A stretch of DNA of 64,000 nucleotides from Escherichia coli (GTDB lineage Bacteria > Pseudomonadota > Gammaproteobacteria > Enterobacterales > Enterobacteriaceae), in NCBI RefSeq assembly GCF_003334315.1, contig NZ_QOWR01000007.1; one strand, given 5' to 3'. Both the position numbers and the translations under genes were made by a program. The notes beneath the pieces are model-generated. The model searched no databases, was not told the origin of the DNA, and saw nothing but the letters and a program-made list of their open reading frames with translations. This document shows positions 1 through 13,121 of this stretch, one piece after another (the stretch's first letter is position 1; each line of letters opens with the position of its first letter).

Positions 1-59
1 ATCGAACCAAGGACACGGGGATTTTCAATCCCCTGCTCTACCGACTGAGCTATCCGGGC
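1..59 (-). tRNA. pheU: tRNA-Phe (GAA), 5' 59 nt only; 3' end lies beyond the left window edge
   Basis: Reverse complement of 1-59 reads GCCCGGATAGCTCAGTCGGTAGAGCAGGGGATTGAAAATCCCCGTGTCCTTGGTTCGAT, the canonical E. coli tRNA-Phe with GAA anticodon; truncated by the window boundary. Confidence 0.85.
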
Positions 60-69
60 AACGGGGCGC

Positions 70-98
70 ATTAAACCGTAATCTGCACATCTCGTCAA
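70..98 (-). promoter_or_regulatory. Putative sigma70 promoter of the tRNA-Phe gene
   Basis: On the minus strand: -35 TTGACG (93-98), 17-nt spacer, -10 TTTAAT (70-75), then GC-rich discriminator GCGCCCC just upstream of the tRNA 5' end at 59; typical stable-RNA promoter layout. Confidence 0.45.
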
Positions 99-165
99 CC
101 TAATTTCAGTAAAAGCGATTCAACTGCTTAAGATTGCGGCAAATCGCTTCTTTTCTGTGTTTCTG

Positions 166-741
166 TCAGGTCAATGCACCACCCTGGCGGCAGCGGGCGA
201 AGCGCAGGATATCTTCCGCCAGCCGATGTGCAGTGTCGACATCCGCCTGGCTACGATTCACCAGCATTCGGCTTAAACAGCCTTCCAGCACCAGTTCCAT
301 CTGCTTTGCTACCATCGCCGGATCGTCAACTTCCAGTGTGGTTAACAGTTCGTGGGTGAAATCGTAGGCCGCGCTTTTTTGCTGATCGGCCAGTTGATGA
401 ATAGGGTGGCCAGGATCGGGATAAAACGTACAGGCAGCGATAAATAGACAGCCCGGATAGCGGTTGTTTTTAACGCACTCCGATAACGCCTGATAACGTG
501 CCAGCAGCTTTTGTTCGGCGGTTTGCGTTTCGTCCAGCATCAGCTGACGACGCCAGACATCTATCTGTTGGCTAAGATAACGCAGCGCATCGTAGAGGAT
601 TGCCTCTTTGTCTGGCCAGAAGCGGCGTAGCTCGTCCAGTGGATAATCCACACGTTCAGCAACCATCTCCAGCGTGGTGTTGGCAATCCCTTGTAATTCT
701 AATAATTTCAGGGCTTCTCCCAGTACATCTTCACGTTGCAC
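166..741 (-). CDS. yjdC: TetR-family transcriptional regulator YjdC (191 aa)
   Basis: ORF 166-765; GGAGG Shine-Dalgarno 8 nt upstream of an internal GTG at 741 gives the 191-aa protein [18 protein letters not shown]...; N-terminal helix-turn-helix typical of TetR regulators. Confidence 0.85.
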
Positions 742-777
742 GCTATTTTCCTCCGTCTTTCCCACTGCAAGTGTCGT

Positions 778-2475
778 TCACGGTTGGCGATCGCGCAAAT
801 GTGCGCTGAAGGTTTCAGCATCCATAAAGCCCGTGACGCGTGCTTGTGGATGCTCCTGGCCTTGTCCGTCAAAAAAGAGAATTGTCGGTAGGCCAAGGAC
901 ATTAAGATGCTTTAACAGCGCCACATCTTGTGCGTCGTTAGCAGTGACGTTGGCCTGAAGTAAGACCGTGTCTGCTAACGCTTTTTGCACCTGCGGGTCG
1001 CTGAAGGTGTATTTCTCAAACTCTTTACAGGCGACGCACCAGTCGGCATAAAGATCTAACATCACCGGTTTGCCTTTGGCTTCAACGAGCGCCTGATTTA
1101 ACTCATCTACCGTTTTGATTTGTGTAAAGTTGAGATGCGTCTGAGTTTGCGCGGTATGCGTCGCACCAAATGCCCAATCCTGAAGTGGGCGCACGCTAAC
1201 CAATGCCGCTGCCAGCAGAATAATTTGCACAATACGCATCCAGCCGCGTTTAGCCTGTAGGCTGGTGATAAAGGCCCAGCCAAAGAATGCGACACCCAGC
1301 GCCGACCACAAGCGTAATCCCCATACATCACCAATCACTCGCTCCAGCAGGAAGACCGGCAGTGCGAGGATCACAAAACCAAACGCGGTTTTGACTTGTT
1401 CCATCCACGGGCCGCTTTTCGGCAGCAAGCGGTTACCAAAGACGGTAATTAGCATCAGCGGCAGGCCCATGCCCAACGCATAGAGATAAAGCGTGCCGCC
1501 GCCCAGCCACATGTTCCCGCTTTGGGCGATATACAGCAGAATCGCGCTAAGCGGTGCGGTGGTGCATGGTGAACAGATCAGTCCGGCAATCGCCCCCATA
1601 ACAAACACACCGCCAGGTGAGCCGCCCTGTTGGCGATTGCTCATCAACGTGAGACGTGTTTGCAGCGAAGAGGGGAGTTGCAGGGTAAACAAGCCAAACA
1701 TTGACATCGCCAGCAAGGTAAAGACGATGGCGAGGCCAATGAGCACGTATGGGTGCTGTAGCGCCGCCTGGAACTGTAACCCTGCGGCGGCAACCACCAG
1801 ACCCAGCGCCGTGTAAGTCAGTGCCATCCCCTGCACATAAATAAAGGTCAGCAACAATGCTCTGGCAGTGGAGAGCCGCTGTTTACCACCCAGCACGATG
1901 CCAGAAATCAGTGGGTACATTGGCAGCACGCATGGCGTAAAGGCGATACCAATACCGATCAACAACGCCCAGAGCGCGGAAAAGGGCAATTGCGCGGTGT
2001 GCTGCTCTTGCTGCGGAACAGACACAGGCTGTGACGCTGCGTTGTTGGCTACCACTTCGCTTAACGGAACGGTTTTGGTTTCTGGCGGATAACAGAAACC
2101 GGCATCAGCACAGCCCTGGTAGGTGACAGTTAACGTCGCTCCCGCACTCGCCTGGTTGATGGTTACGGGAAGCGTCAGCCGATCGCGGTAAATCTCGCTT
2201 TTGCCGTAAAACTCATCTTCATGCCAGACGCCTTGCGGCAGCTGCACGTCGGCAATTTTCGCGTGTTCCGGCGTAATGCGGATCTGTTTACGGTAGAGGT
2301 AGTAACCGTCTTTGATCTGCCAGGTCAGATTCAGGTCATGTTGGTTTTGCTGAAAATCAAAAGCAAAGGCTTGATCCGCGGGGACAAAATGTGAACGTCC
2401 CGGCGCGTCGAATAATCCGGCAAAAACGGAAGTGCTGCAAAGTAGCAGGATCAGCGTAAAGATGCGTTGAGCCAT
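778..2475 (-). CDS. dsbD: Thiol:disulfide interchange protein DsbD (565 aa)
   Basis: ORF 778-2556 trimmed to ATG at 2475 ([12 protein letters not shown]...); periplasmic N-domain, polytopic membrane core and C-terminal thioredoxin-like WCVACK motif. Confidence 0.93.
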
Positions 2476-2789
2476 GAGAGGTAATCTGTGTCTCCGTGTG
2501 TAACAGGTAAAACCAGAAGTTCCGGGGTTTGATATGGATGATGAGACTTCAGGCATTCCAGCAGTGCCTGCTGGTGAGATACGGTAGTTTTTAAAATCAT
2601 CTGCACTTCGTATTCTTGCTCCAGCTTACCTTCCCAGTAATAGAGAGAGGTAGCGCCGGGGATCAAGGTCGCGCAGGCCGCCAGTTTTTCCGCCAGCACT
2701 TTGGCGGCTAAATCCTGGGCTGTCGCTTCATCTGGTGCCGTACATAGCACCACGACAGACGCGGTATTCGAACTTTTTTCATCAAGCAT
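2451..2789 (-). CDS. cutA: Divalent-cation tolerance protein CutA (112 aa)
   Basis: ORF 2451-2795, start ATG 2789 ([25 protein letters not shown]...); 3' end overlaps the dsbD start by 25 nt, consistent with a cutA-dsbD operon. Confidence 0.9.
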
Positions 2790-2904
2790 AAACACCTCGC
2801 AAGAACAGATGGAACCGCAAGAGAGAGGTCACTATACAACGGACGGGGGAAGGATGTTAGTCGGCGGGAAAGAAAGCGGGGCGTGAACGCCCCGCGATTG
2901 GTCA

Positions 2905-4206
2905 TTACAGCATGAAGCTACCCAGCACGAAGCCGAAGCAAACGGCCAGGGCAACACCCAGAGTACCCGGGATGAAGAACGGATGGTTGAAGACGAATTT
3001 ACCGATACGGGTAGTACCCGTGTCATCCATCTGTACCGCAGCAACCAGCGTCGGATAGGTCGGCAGAATGAACAGACCAGACACCGCAGCGAAAGAAGCA
3101 ACAGCGGTCAGCGGAGAAACGTTCAGTGCCAGAGCCATCGGCATCAGTGCTTTTGCGGTTGCAGCCTGAGAGTACAGCAGAGCAGAAGCAAAGAAGAAGA
3201 TGACGGCCAGCAGCCACGGATGACCCTGAATCACTTCACCAGCGGTATCTTTGATCCAGTCGATGTTGTTGGAAACGAAAGTATCGCCCAGCCACGCAAC
3301 ACCCAGGATACAAATACAGGCGCTCATACCTGCTTTGAAGGTGCTGGAGTTGAGGATGTTGTCGGTATCGACTTTACAGATAACGGTGGTCAGAGTTGCA
3401 ACGCTGAGCATGATGATCAGGATTGCGTTGGTGGTGTTCATCAGCGGTTTTTCAACCAGACCCATGCTTGGGCTGTTGATGATTGCATAGATAACCACGC
3501 CAACTACGCCCAGCAGGAACAGCCAGACGGACGTTTTTGCACCGGATTTGATTTCAATCTGCTTTTCACCGCGCAGTTCAACCAGGCCCTCTTCCAGACG
3601 CTTGCGATAAATCGGATCGTCAGAGAGTTTGGAGTTGAACAGCATAGTGACCAGGAAGGACATCACCAGAACCGCCAGCAGGGTGGACGGGATGACCACG
3701 GAGAGCAGATGGAGGTAGCTGATGCCATGACCTTCCATCACGGAAGACATGTAAACCACTGCCGCTGAGATTGGCGATGCGGTGATCGCAATCTGCGCGG
3801 ATACCACTGCAGTAGACAGCGGACGGCAAGGTTTAACGCCTTGTTCCTTCGCAACTTCAGCGATAACTGGCAGTGTCGCCAGAGAGATGTTGCCAGTACC
3901 AGCAAAAATAGTCAGGAAATAGGTCACGATCGGTGCGAGGATCGTGATGTATTTCGGGTTACGGCGCAGCAGCTTTTCTGTCTGATGAACCAGATAGTCC
4001 AGACCGCCAGCAACCTGCATGGCAGAAATAGCGGCGATAACCGCCATGATAATGGAAATGACATCGAACGGGATGTTACCGGGTTTAACGCCAATAGCGG
4101 CAAGAACCAGCACCCCCAATCCGCCTGCAAAACCAATACCTATTCCCCCCAATCTGGCGCCCAAGAAGATCGCCAGCAAAACTATGATGAGTTCTACAAC
4201 TAGCAT
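2905..4206 (-). CDS. dcuA: Anaerobic C4-dicarboxylate transporter DcuA (433 aa)
   Basis: Full-length polytopic membrane ORF matching DcuA; located directly downstream of aspA as in the aspA-dcuA operon. Confidence 0.95.
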   Translation of the reverse strand: MLVVELIIVLLAIFLGARLGGIGIGFAGGLGVLVLAAIGVKPGNIPFDVISIIMAVIAAISAMQVAGGLDYLVHQTEKLLRRNPKYITILAPIVTYFLTIFAGTGNISLATLPVIAEVAKEQGVKPCRPLSTAVVSAQIAITASPISAAVVYMSSVMEGHGISYLHLLSVVIPSTLLAVLVMSFLVTMLFNSKLSDDPIYRKRLEEGLVELRGEKQIEIKSGAKTSVWLFLLGVVGVVIYAIINSPSMGLVEKPLMNTTNAILIIMLSVATLTTVICKVDTDNILNSSTFKAGMSACICILGVAWLGDTFVSNNIDWIKDTAGEVIQGHPWLLAVIFFFASALLYSQAATAKALMPMALALNVSPLTAVASFAAVSGLFILPTYPTLVAAVQMDDTGTTRIGKFVFNHPFFIPGTLGVALAVCFGFVLGSFML

Positions 4207-4271
4207 ATTAGCCTTCCTTGTTTTTTAACAAGTTGATATTAGATTGTTATTTTTAAGTTACTGCTCACAAG

Positions 4272-4306
4272 AAAAAAGGCACGTCATCTGACGTGCCTTT
4301 TTTATT
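4272..4306. terminator. Bidirectional-looking hairpin between aspA and dcuA
   Basis: Perfect 9-bp stem GGCACGTCA / TGACGTGCC (4278-4297, 2-nt loop) flanked by an A-run (4272-4277) and a T-run (4298-4303); partial terminator after aspA on the minus strand. Confidence 0.5.
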
Positions 4307-4323
4307 TGTACTACCCTGTACGA

Positions 4324-5760
4324 TTACTGTTCGCTTTCATCAGTATAGCGTTTTGCTTTGTAAGCCGGGTGCATCAGATTCTGTACGGAGAAAATATCGT
4401 CAAGTTCCGCTTCAGTCAACAGACCGCGTTCCAGAACGACTTCACGTACACTCTTACCGGTTTCGGCACAGATTTTACCCACGATGTCACCGTTGTGGTG
4501 GCCGATGAATGGGTTCAGGTAGGTGACGATACCGATAGAGTTGTAAACGTAACCTTCGCACACTTCTTTGTTAGCAGTGATGCCGTTAATGCATTTTTCC
4601 AGCAGGTTGTAGCAAGCGTTGGTCAGAATGTGAACGGATTCGAACATGGCCTGGCCAATGACCGGCTCCATAACGTTCAACTGCAGCTGACCTGCTTCTG
4701 CTGCCATGGTAACAGTGGTGTCGTTACCGATGACTTTGAAGCATACCTGGTTAACCACTTCCGGAACAACCGGGTTTACTTTAGCTGGCATGATGGAAGA
4801 GCCCGCCTGCAGTTCCGGCAGGTTGATCTCGTTCAGGCCGGCACGTGGGCCTGAAGAGAGCAAGCGCAGGTCGTTACAGATTTTGGACATCTTCACAGCC
4901 AGGCGTTTCAGCGCGCCGTGAACCATAACATAAGCGCCGCAGTCAGAGGTCGCTTCGATCAGGTCTTCAGCCGGTACGCATGGGAAGCCAGTGACTTCAG
5001 CCAGTTTTTTCACTGCCAGCGGAGAGTACTCTTTCGGCGTGTTCAGACCAGTACCGATTGCTGTTGCGCCAAGGTTAACTTCCAGCAGCAGTTCAGCGGT
5101 ACGTTGGATGTTTTTCACTTCTTCTTTCAGCAGGATGCTGAAAGCGCGGAATTCCTGACCGAGGGTCATCGGTACTGCGTCCTGCAGCTGGGTACGACCC
5201 ATTTTCAGGATGTCCTGGAATTCGACAGCTTTACGTTCAAAGCCTTCACGCAGTTGGTTAATCGCATCTACCAGCTTAATCAGGGAAGAGTAAACTGCGA
5301 TACGGAAACCGGTCGGGTAGGCGTCGTTAGTGGACTGACATTTGTTAACATGGTCGTTCGGGTTCAGGTACTGATATTCACCTTTCTGGTGACCCATCAG
5401 TTCCAGACCGATATTGGCCAGCACTTCGTTGGTGTTCATGTTTACGGAAGTACCTGCGCCGCCCTGGTAGACGTCTACCGGGAACTGATCCATGCATTTT
5501 CCGTTGTTCAGGACTTCATCACATGCGGCAATGATGGCATTCGCTACACTTTTAGGAATGGTTTGCAGCTCTTTGTTTGCCATAGCTGCGGCTTTTTTAA
5601 CCATTACCATACCGCGAACAAATTCAGGAATATCACTGATTTTGTTGTTGCTGATATAGAAGTTTTCAATCGCTCTCAGAGTGTGAACACCATAGTAGGC
5701 ATCAGCTGGAACTTCCCTGGTACCCAACAGATCTTCTTCGATACGAATGTTGTTTGACAT
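4324..5760 (-). CDS. aspA: Aspartate ammonia-lyase (aspartase) AspA (478 aa)
   Basis: ORF 4324-5805 trimmed to ATG 5760 ([30 protein letters not shown]...); fumarase/aspartase family signature [11 protein letters not shown] present. Confidence 0.95.
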
Positions 5761-5947
5761 GTGAACCTTCTTTTTCAAGCTGCCAATGATTTGCTTTAAA
5801 CACACAGAATATATGTGGTTTCGAATGTTTTTCGACCGACGATTATCCCCTGCATCGACCGAATACCCGAGATCATATGCTGCTTGAGGATTTCTACCGT
5901 AATCTGGATCACTTTAAGTGTCGGTTTTTACCCCTTAATTATTAATT

Positions 5948-5963
5948 TGTGAAATAGATCACC
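5948..5963. promoter_or_regulatory. CRP-like binding site in the aspA/fxsA divergent control region
   Basis: TGTGAaatagaTCACc matches the CRP consensus TGTGA-N6-TCACA in 9 of 10 positions; lies about 190 bp upstream of the aspA start. Confidence 0.35.
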
Positions 5964-6096
5964 GCTTTGGGATTACTACCAAAAATAGTTGCGCAAACAT
6001 CTTGAAATTTTGCTAATGACCACAATATAAGCTGAACGCGATTCGCAACCCATTCAGGTAGCCGGGTTTAACCGGCTGCTATTACAGGAGAAACCT

Positions 6097-6573
6097 TTGC
6101 GCTGGTTACCTTTTATTGCCATTTTCCTTTATGTCTATATTGAGATTTCAATCTTTATTCAGGTTGCCCATGTATTGGGGGTATTGCTGACCCTCGTGCT
6201 GGTTATATTCACGTCAGTTATCGGTATGTCACTGGTACGTAACCAGGGCTTTAAGAATTTCGTGCTGATGCAGCAAAAAATGGCGGCGGGTGAAAACCCT
6301 GCGGCGGAGATGATTAAAAGTGTTTCGTTGATCATTGCCGGTTTGTTGCTTTTATTACCGGGCTTTTTCACCGACTTCCTCGGTCTTCTGCTTTTATTGC
6401 CGCCGGTGCAAAAGCATCTGACAGTGAAGTTGATGCCGCATCTACGTTTTTCCCGTATGCCAGGCGGCGGTTTTAGCGCCGGGACCGGTGGCGGTAATAC
6501 TTTTGATGGTGAGTACCAGCGAAAGGATGATGACCGCGACCGCCTTGATCATAAAGACGATCGCCAGGATTAA
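6097..6573 (+). CDS. fxsA: Inner-membrane protein FxsA (158 aa)
   Basis: ORF with TTG start (MRWLPFIAIFLYVYIEISIF...), two N-terminal transmembrane segments and an acidic C-terminal tail; matches FxsA. Confidence 0.85.
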   Translation: MRWLPFIAIFLYVYIEISIFIQVAHVLGVLLTLVLVIFTSVIGMSLVRNQGFKNFVLMQQKMAAGENPAAEMIKSVSLIIAGLLLLLPGFFTDFLGLLLLLPPVQKHLTVKLMPHLRFSRMPGGGFSAGTGGGNTFDGEYQRKDDDRDRLDHKDDRQD

Positions 6574-6588
6574 TGTCGAAACGCCGGA

Positions 6589-7845
6589 TTATGTGGTTAT
6601 GCCATTTTCCGGCGTTTTTCGTTTTGGCAGAAACAGCCATAACCCCGCCAGCATAATCAGCGCATAGAGACTTTTCCAGCCGACCATTGCCAGTAACAGA
6701 ACGCATAACAGCCCGCCAACCACCGCCAGTAGTCGATAACGTCCTTGCAATAATTTACAGCCTGCCAGCATGCATAACAGATAAATCATAATAAAGATGC
6801 CATTGACATAAATAATAAGAGCGTCCAGATTGATCTCTAAAGCATGAATCACCAAAGTGCTCACCACGCAGCAGCCGAGCACCGCATTGAGGGCATTATT
6901 CGGGATATGGCGAGAAGAGAGGCGTGCCTGGTAGTGGTCAGGATTATGTTGCGCCTGCGACCAGACCAGGCGGGCGAAGCTCTGTATATAAATGTTGAGA
7001 CTGGCAAAGCAGGCCAGATAGCCAATTACGCAGGCAATCCATAACGCTCCTACACCGAACAGTTGCACTACAATTTTTGGAAGCGATGCTGCCGCGGCCA
7101 TTTGTTCACCATAGGCGTCGAAGTGTAAGACAACTACCGTACAGCCCCAGTAGACTAATCCTGCCAGCAGCAGACCAATCATCAAAGCACGAGGAAAATC
7201 ACGCTCTGGATTTTTAAATTCCGAGGCAAGATGGGCAAATGCTTCCAGACCGACAAAACACCAGAACATCACTGATAACGCAGCAAATAACCCGGTAAGT
7301 TCGATATTTCCTGGCGCAGGGAAGGGGATACTCGCAGGTTTGATATCGCCCGCCCACCAGATAGCGACAATCAGCGCGACGATAAGTCCGGCAATAACGG
7401 TTTGTAGATTTGCACTGGAACTGGCACCGCGAGTACCGATATACCACACCAACGCCAGCGTACCGAGTTCTGCCAACAACAGTTGCCAGCTATGCCAGCC
7501 AAACATTGCCTGGCCGAATCCGGCAGCAATTTGTAGCGCGGTAGGCAAACCCACGGGAATGACCGATAAAAACAACCAGCCGGTGACTCGCTCAAGCCGC
7601 GAACCAAAAGCCATACCGACGAAGTGCGCGACACCGCCTGCGCTGGGATAGTGGCGACCCAGAATCGCAAACACAATCGCAATCGGGAACACTAAGATAA
7701 TCAAAACGGGCCACGCCCACAGGCTGTTATTGCCTGCTACCAGCGCAGCTAACGCAGGAACGGCAAACACGCCAGTGCCTAATAATGACGTCGATAGCAG
7801 GCCAATGCCCTGGGCCAGCCCCAGTTCTTGTTTGAGTCCACTCAT
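6589..7845 (-). CDS. yjeH: APC-family amino-acid exporter YjeH (418 aa)
   Basis: ORF 6589-7905 trimmed to ATG 7845 (MSGLKQELGLAQGIGLLSTSLLGTGVF...); polytopic membrane protein. Confidence 0.9.
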   Translation of the reverse strand: MSGLKQELGLAQGIGLLSTSLLGTGVFAVPALAALVAGNNSLWAWPVLIILVFPIAIVFAILGRHYPSAGGVAHFVGMAFGSRLERVTGWLFLSVIPVGLPTALQIAAGFGQAMFGWHSWQLLLAELGTLALVWYIGTRGASSSANLQTVIAGLIVALIVAIWWAGDIKPASIPFPAPGNIELTGLFAALSVMFWCFVGLEAFAHLASEFKNPERDFPRALMIGLLLAGLVYWGCTVVVLHFDAYGEQMAAAASLPKIVVQLFGVGALWIACVIGYLACFASLNIYIQSFARLVWSQAQHNPDHYQARLSSRHIPNNALNAVLGCCVVSTLVIHALEINLDALIIYVNGIFIMIYLLCMLAGCKLLQGRYRLLAVVGGLLCVLLLAMVGWKSLYALIMLAGLWLFLPKRKTPENGITT

Positions 7846-8007
7846 GGGTTGATGTCCGATTGCGCCCAAATTTTGGGCAACTGCGTAGATTTTCGATGGT
7901 AGCACAATCAGATTCGCTTATGACGGTGATGAAGAAATTGCGATGAAATGTGAGGTGAATCAGGGTTTTCACCCGATTTTGTGCTGATCAGAATTTTTTT
8001 TCTTTTT

Positions 8008-8040
8008 CCCCCTTGAAGGGGCGAAGCCTCATCCCCATTT
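8008..8040 (+). promoter_or_regulatory. sigma32 heat-shock promoter of groES-groEL
   Basis: CCCCCTTGAA (8008-8017) and CCCCATTT (8033-8040) match the sigma32 -35/-10 consensus; located about 80 bp upstream of groES. Confidence 0.75.
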
Positions 8041-8069
8041 CTCTGGTCACCAGCCGGGAAACCACGTAA

Positions 8070-8414
<345 letters not shown>

Positions 8415-8445
8415 TCCGCGCACGACACTGAACATACGAATTTAA

Positions 8446-10104
<1,659 letters not shown>

Positions 10105-10130
10105 TTGCCCTGCACCTCGCAGAAATAAAC

Positions 10131-10167
10131 AAACCCCCGGGCAGAAATGTCTGGGGGTTTTTCTTTT
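10131..10167 (+). terminator. groEL rho-independent terminator
   Basis: GC stem CCCCC(GGG)CAGA / TCTGGGGG followed by TTTTTCTTTT immediately after the groEL stop. Confidence 0.7.
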
Positions 10168-10241
10168 GGTCATCTTTCTAGTATAAGATTCAGACACGGA
10201 CGACGCGAGTGGCGTCCAGCTCATTGATTATGGGGAATAAC

Positions 10242-10595
10242 ATGCACGTAAAATACTTATCAGGGATTGTCGGTGCCGCGCTACTGATGGCGGGTTGTAG
10301 CTCCAGCAACGAATTGAGTGCTGCCGGTCAGAGTATACGCATTGTGGACGAGCAGCCAGGCGCAGAGTGCCAGCTGATTGGTACTGCGACAGGTAAGCAA
10401 AGCAACTGGCTTTCCGGGCAACACGGAGAAGAGGGCGGTTCTATGCGCGGCGCAGCAAACGATCTGCGCAACCAGGCGGCTGCAATGGGCGGTAACGTGA
10501 TTTATGGCATCAGCAGCCCGTCGCAGGGAATGTTGTCCAGTTTTGTCCCGACGGATAGCCAGATTATCGGTCAGGTTTATAAGTGCCCGAACTGA
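10242..10595 (+). CDS. yjeI: Lipoprotein YjeI (117 aa, DUF4156-like)
   Basis: ORF 10209-10595 trimmed to ATG 10242 (MHVKYLSGIVGAALLMAGCSSS...), lipobox LMAGC. Confidence 0.85.
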   Translation: MHVKYLSGIVGAALLMAGCSSSNELSAAGQSIRIVDEQPGAECQLIGTATGKQSNWLSGQHGEEGGSMRGAANDLRNQAAAMGGNVIYGISSPSQGMLSSFVPTDSQIIGQVYKCPN

Positions 10596-10633
10596 TGTGA
10601 TGGTGACAAACGTATAATTGCCAGAGGCGCTTC

Positions 10634-10719
<86 letters not shown>

Positions 10720-10787
10720 TGACCAACGATCACGTTATCAGTCATTTCAGGCTGGATGGCTCCAGCCTCGCATTAGCAAAGATGAGA

Positions 10788-11657
10788 TTATTTCGCCTGT
10801 GGTGCAGTTTTGCTGGTGGATTGAACACGTAAGTGATGCAGCGCGCGTAAGCATTGATCCTGGGTTAGCGGTTGGGCGTTATTCGCCGCTACGGTGCGAA
10901 CATAGACCTGACATGGCACACCCGCGAGTTTTTTCAGTCGTGGGCTGAAATCAAGCATTCGGCGAGTGATCGCCTCTATTTCTTTACCCGGCGTTGCTTC
11001 ACGCGTTTTCACCACTGCGCCGCTAAATTGTTCTTTGCCACTTTCATCTTTAAAGCGGTAAAGCACCGCCAGATAATGGTCGAACAGGTTATGTTTCCAT
11101 TCCGGTTGGGAATAGGTGTCATATTCCAGATTGCCATTTTCCTGGCAGTCAACGTCATATAACGGCAGGAAATCTAACAGTGAGGTAATACGTAATGCCA
11201 GCTCACGCATTTCCGCATTATTAATTGCATGAATGATTGCTCGCGCCAGCATTTCAATCTGCAACTCATTGACGACTAACTCACATTTGCTACCGTCATG
11301 TAGCGTTAATACGAAGGTAAGATTTTCGCCTTGATTATCGGTAAGTTCCAGCGTGTTAACCCGACGATTAATATCGGCATTTTTAAGCTCATCAACCAGA
11401 ATTTCTGGGATGTTTTCTGCCATTTTCTTAATGACTTTATCGCGAGCTTGCTCATACTGAAGGCGTGCAGCAGCATCCAGTTTATGCTTTTGATGCAGAC
11501 GACTTTCCAGCGCAATCAGCAGGTCGCGCAGTTCCATGACAGACATAAAGAACAACGATTCTTTATTGCGAGGTTCTTTAATTTTCAGCGCCAGTGCAAT
11601 GAAATTATTACTCTTGCGAATAACACCGGTATTAACACCCTTGATGCTTATGGCCAT
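10788..11657 (-). CDS. yjeJ: Uncharacterized protein YjeJ (289 aa)
   Basis: Full-length ORF (MAISIKGVNTGVIRKSNNFIALALKIKEP...); AT-rich gene with AT-rich upstream region, bracketed by REP elements. Confidence 0.85.
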   Translation of the reverse strand: MAISIKGVNTGVIRKSNNFIALALKIKEPRNKESLFFMSVMELRDLLIALESRLHQKHKLDAAARLQYEQARDKVIKKMAENIPEILVDELKNADINRRVNTLELTDNQGENLTFVLTLHDGSKCELVVNELQIEMLARAIIHAINNAEMRELALRITSLLDFLPLYDVDCQENGNLEYDTYSQPEWKHNLFDHYLAVLYRFKDESGKEQFSGAVVKTREATPGKEIEAITRRMLDFSPRLKKLAGVPCQVYVRTVAANNAQPLTQDQCLRALHHLRVQSTSKTAPQAK

Positions 11658-11920
11658 GTAGGTTCTCCCTAACCATTTCTCAATTAAATAATTAATTTTA
11701 ATTTATAAGCCAGATAAATGGGCTTGGTAGTAATAGTTGTTAAAATAACATAAATAGCCGTGCTCACTCTATATAAACAGAAAAGAAAGGTTAATTATTG
11801 GTGTTAGCTATATAAAAAGTAACAACAGCAATGCATATGAATAATTAAAGGTTATGCAACGGGCAAAGATTAAACTTCCCAGTTTAATGACAGGTTGCTG
11901 TACTTGCGTTTGTTGCTCTT

Positions 11921-12020
<100 letters not shown>

Positions 12021-12051
12021 ATTTTAATGTTTGACTTCCCTGTTTAATCAG

Positions 12052-13080
12052 TTACTGCTGGCGTAGCTGGAGATCCAGCGGCGTTTTGCTGGGTTCGCCG
12101 CCAATTTCTCGCGCCAGTTTCGGCACCAGATATCCGGACACCAGTGTCAGCAACTCACGCATAATCTGCCGTGCTTCGTCATCACTCACCATAAAATGCG
12201 CCGCGCCCTGTACTTTATCGAGCACATGCAGGTAATACGGCATCACGCCGGCATCGAACAACGCATTACTCAGGTTTGCCAGCGTTTGTGCGTTATCGTT
12301 CACACCACGTAACAGAACGCTCTGGTTCAGCAAAGTAACGCCCGCCCGGCGCAACTTAGCCATCGCCTGACGGAATGTTTCATATATCTCATTGGCATGG
12401 TTGATGTGATTCACCAGCAAGATTTGCAGCGTAGAATGTGAAAAGCGTTCAACCAGCGCATCTGTGATGCGTGCCGGGATCACAATCGGCAGACGACTGT
12501 GAATCCGCAGACGTTTGATATGCGGGATGGCTTCCAGTTGTGTGAGCAACCAGTCCAGCTCGTGATCTTTCGCCATCAGCGGATCGCCGCCGGAGAAAAT
12601 CATCTCGTCCAGTTCCGGATGCGCAGCAACATACTCAAGTGCAGTTTGCCAGTTACGCTTGTTGCCCTGATTTTCGGCATAAGGGAAGTGGCGACGGAAG
12701 CAATAACGGCAATTTACCGCGCAGCCGCCTTTGACCAGCAAAAGCGCCCGGTTGTGGTATTTATGCAACAAACCAGGCACTACGCTGTGCTGTTCTTCCA
12801 GCGGGTCGGTGGAGAATCCGGGCGCGATGGCAAACTCATCTTGCGAGGTAAGTACCTGACGCAAAAGCGGATCGTCCGGATTGCCTTTCTCCATGCGATC
12901 GATAAATGAGCGGGGCACACGCAGGGCAAACAGCTTTTTGGCGTTGCGTCCGGCCAACAGTTTTTCGTCCGCGTCTATATTCAAAAGACGCAGAAGTTCA
13001 TCAGGATCGGTCACAACATCGGCAAGTTGCGTTAACCAATCTTCTCTGGATGGGGTATTTAGGGTTACAATATGCGCCAT
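12052..13080 (-). CDS. epmB: EF-P lysine 2,3-aminomutase-like radical SAM enzyme EpmB (342 aa)
   Basis: Full-length ORF with radical-SAM CxxxCxxC motif (CAVNCRYC); divergent from efp. Confidence 0.95.
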   Translation of the reverse strand: MAHIVTLNTPSREDWLTQLADVVTDPDELLRLLNIDADEKLLAGRNAKKLFALRVPRSFIDRMEKGNPDDPLLRQVLTSQDEFAIAPGFSTDPLEEQHSVVPGLLHKYHNRALLLVKGGCAVNCRYCFRRHFPYAENQGNKRNWQTALEYVAAHPELDEMIFSGGDPLMAKDHELDWLLTQLEAIPHIKRLRIHSRLPIVIPARITDALVERFSHSTLQILLVNHINHANEIYETFRQAMAKLRRAGVTLLNQSVLLRGVNDNAQTLANLSNALFDAGVMPYYLHVLDKVQGAAHFMVSDDEARQIMRELLTLVSGYLVPKLAREIGGEPSKTPLDLQLRQQ

Positions 13081-13121
13081 TTTGTGGCTTAGCTACCAAT
13101 TAACAAATTTCAGAGGGCCTT

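Noticed and set aside
2983-3768. 261-aa ORF on the plus strand
   Set aside because: Antisense to dcuA; Arg/Gln/His-rich nonsense translation with no membrane or enzymatic character.
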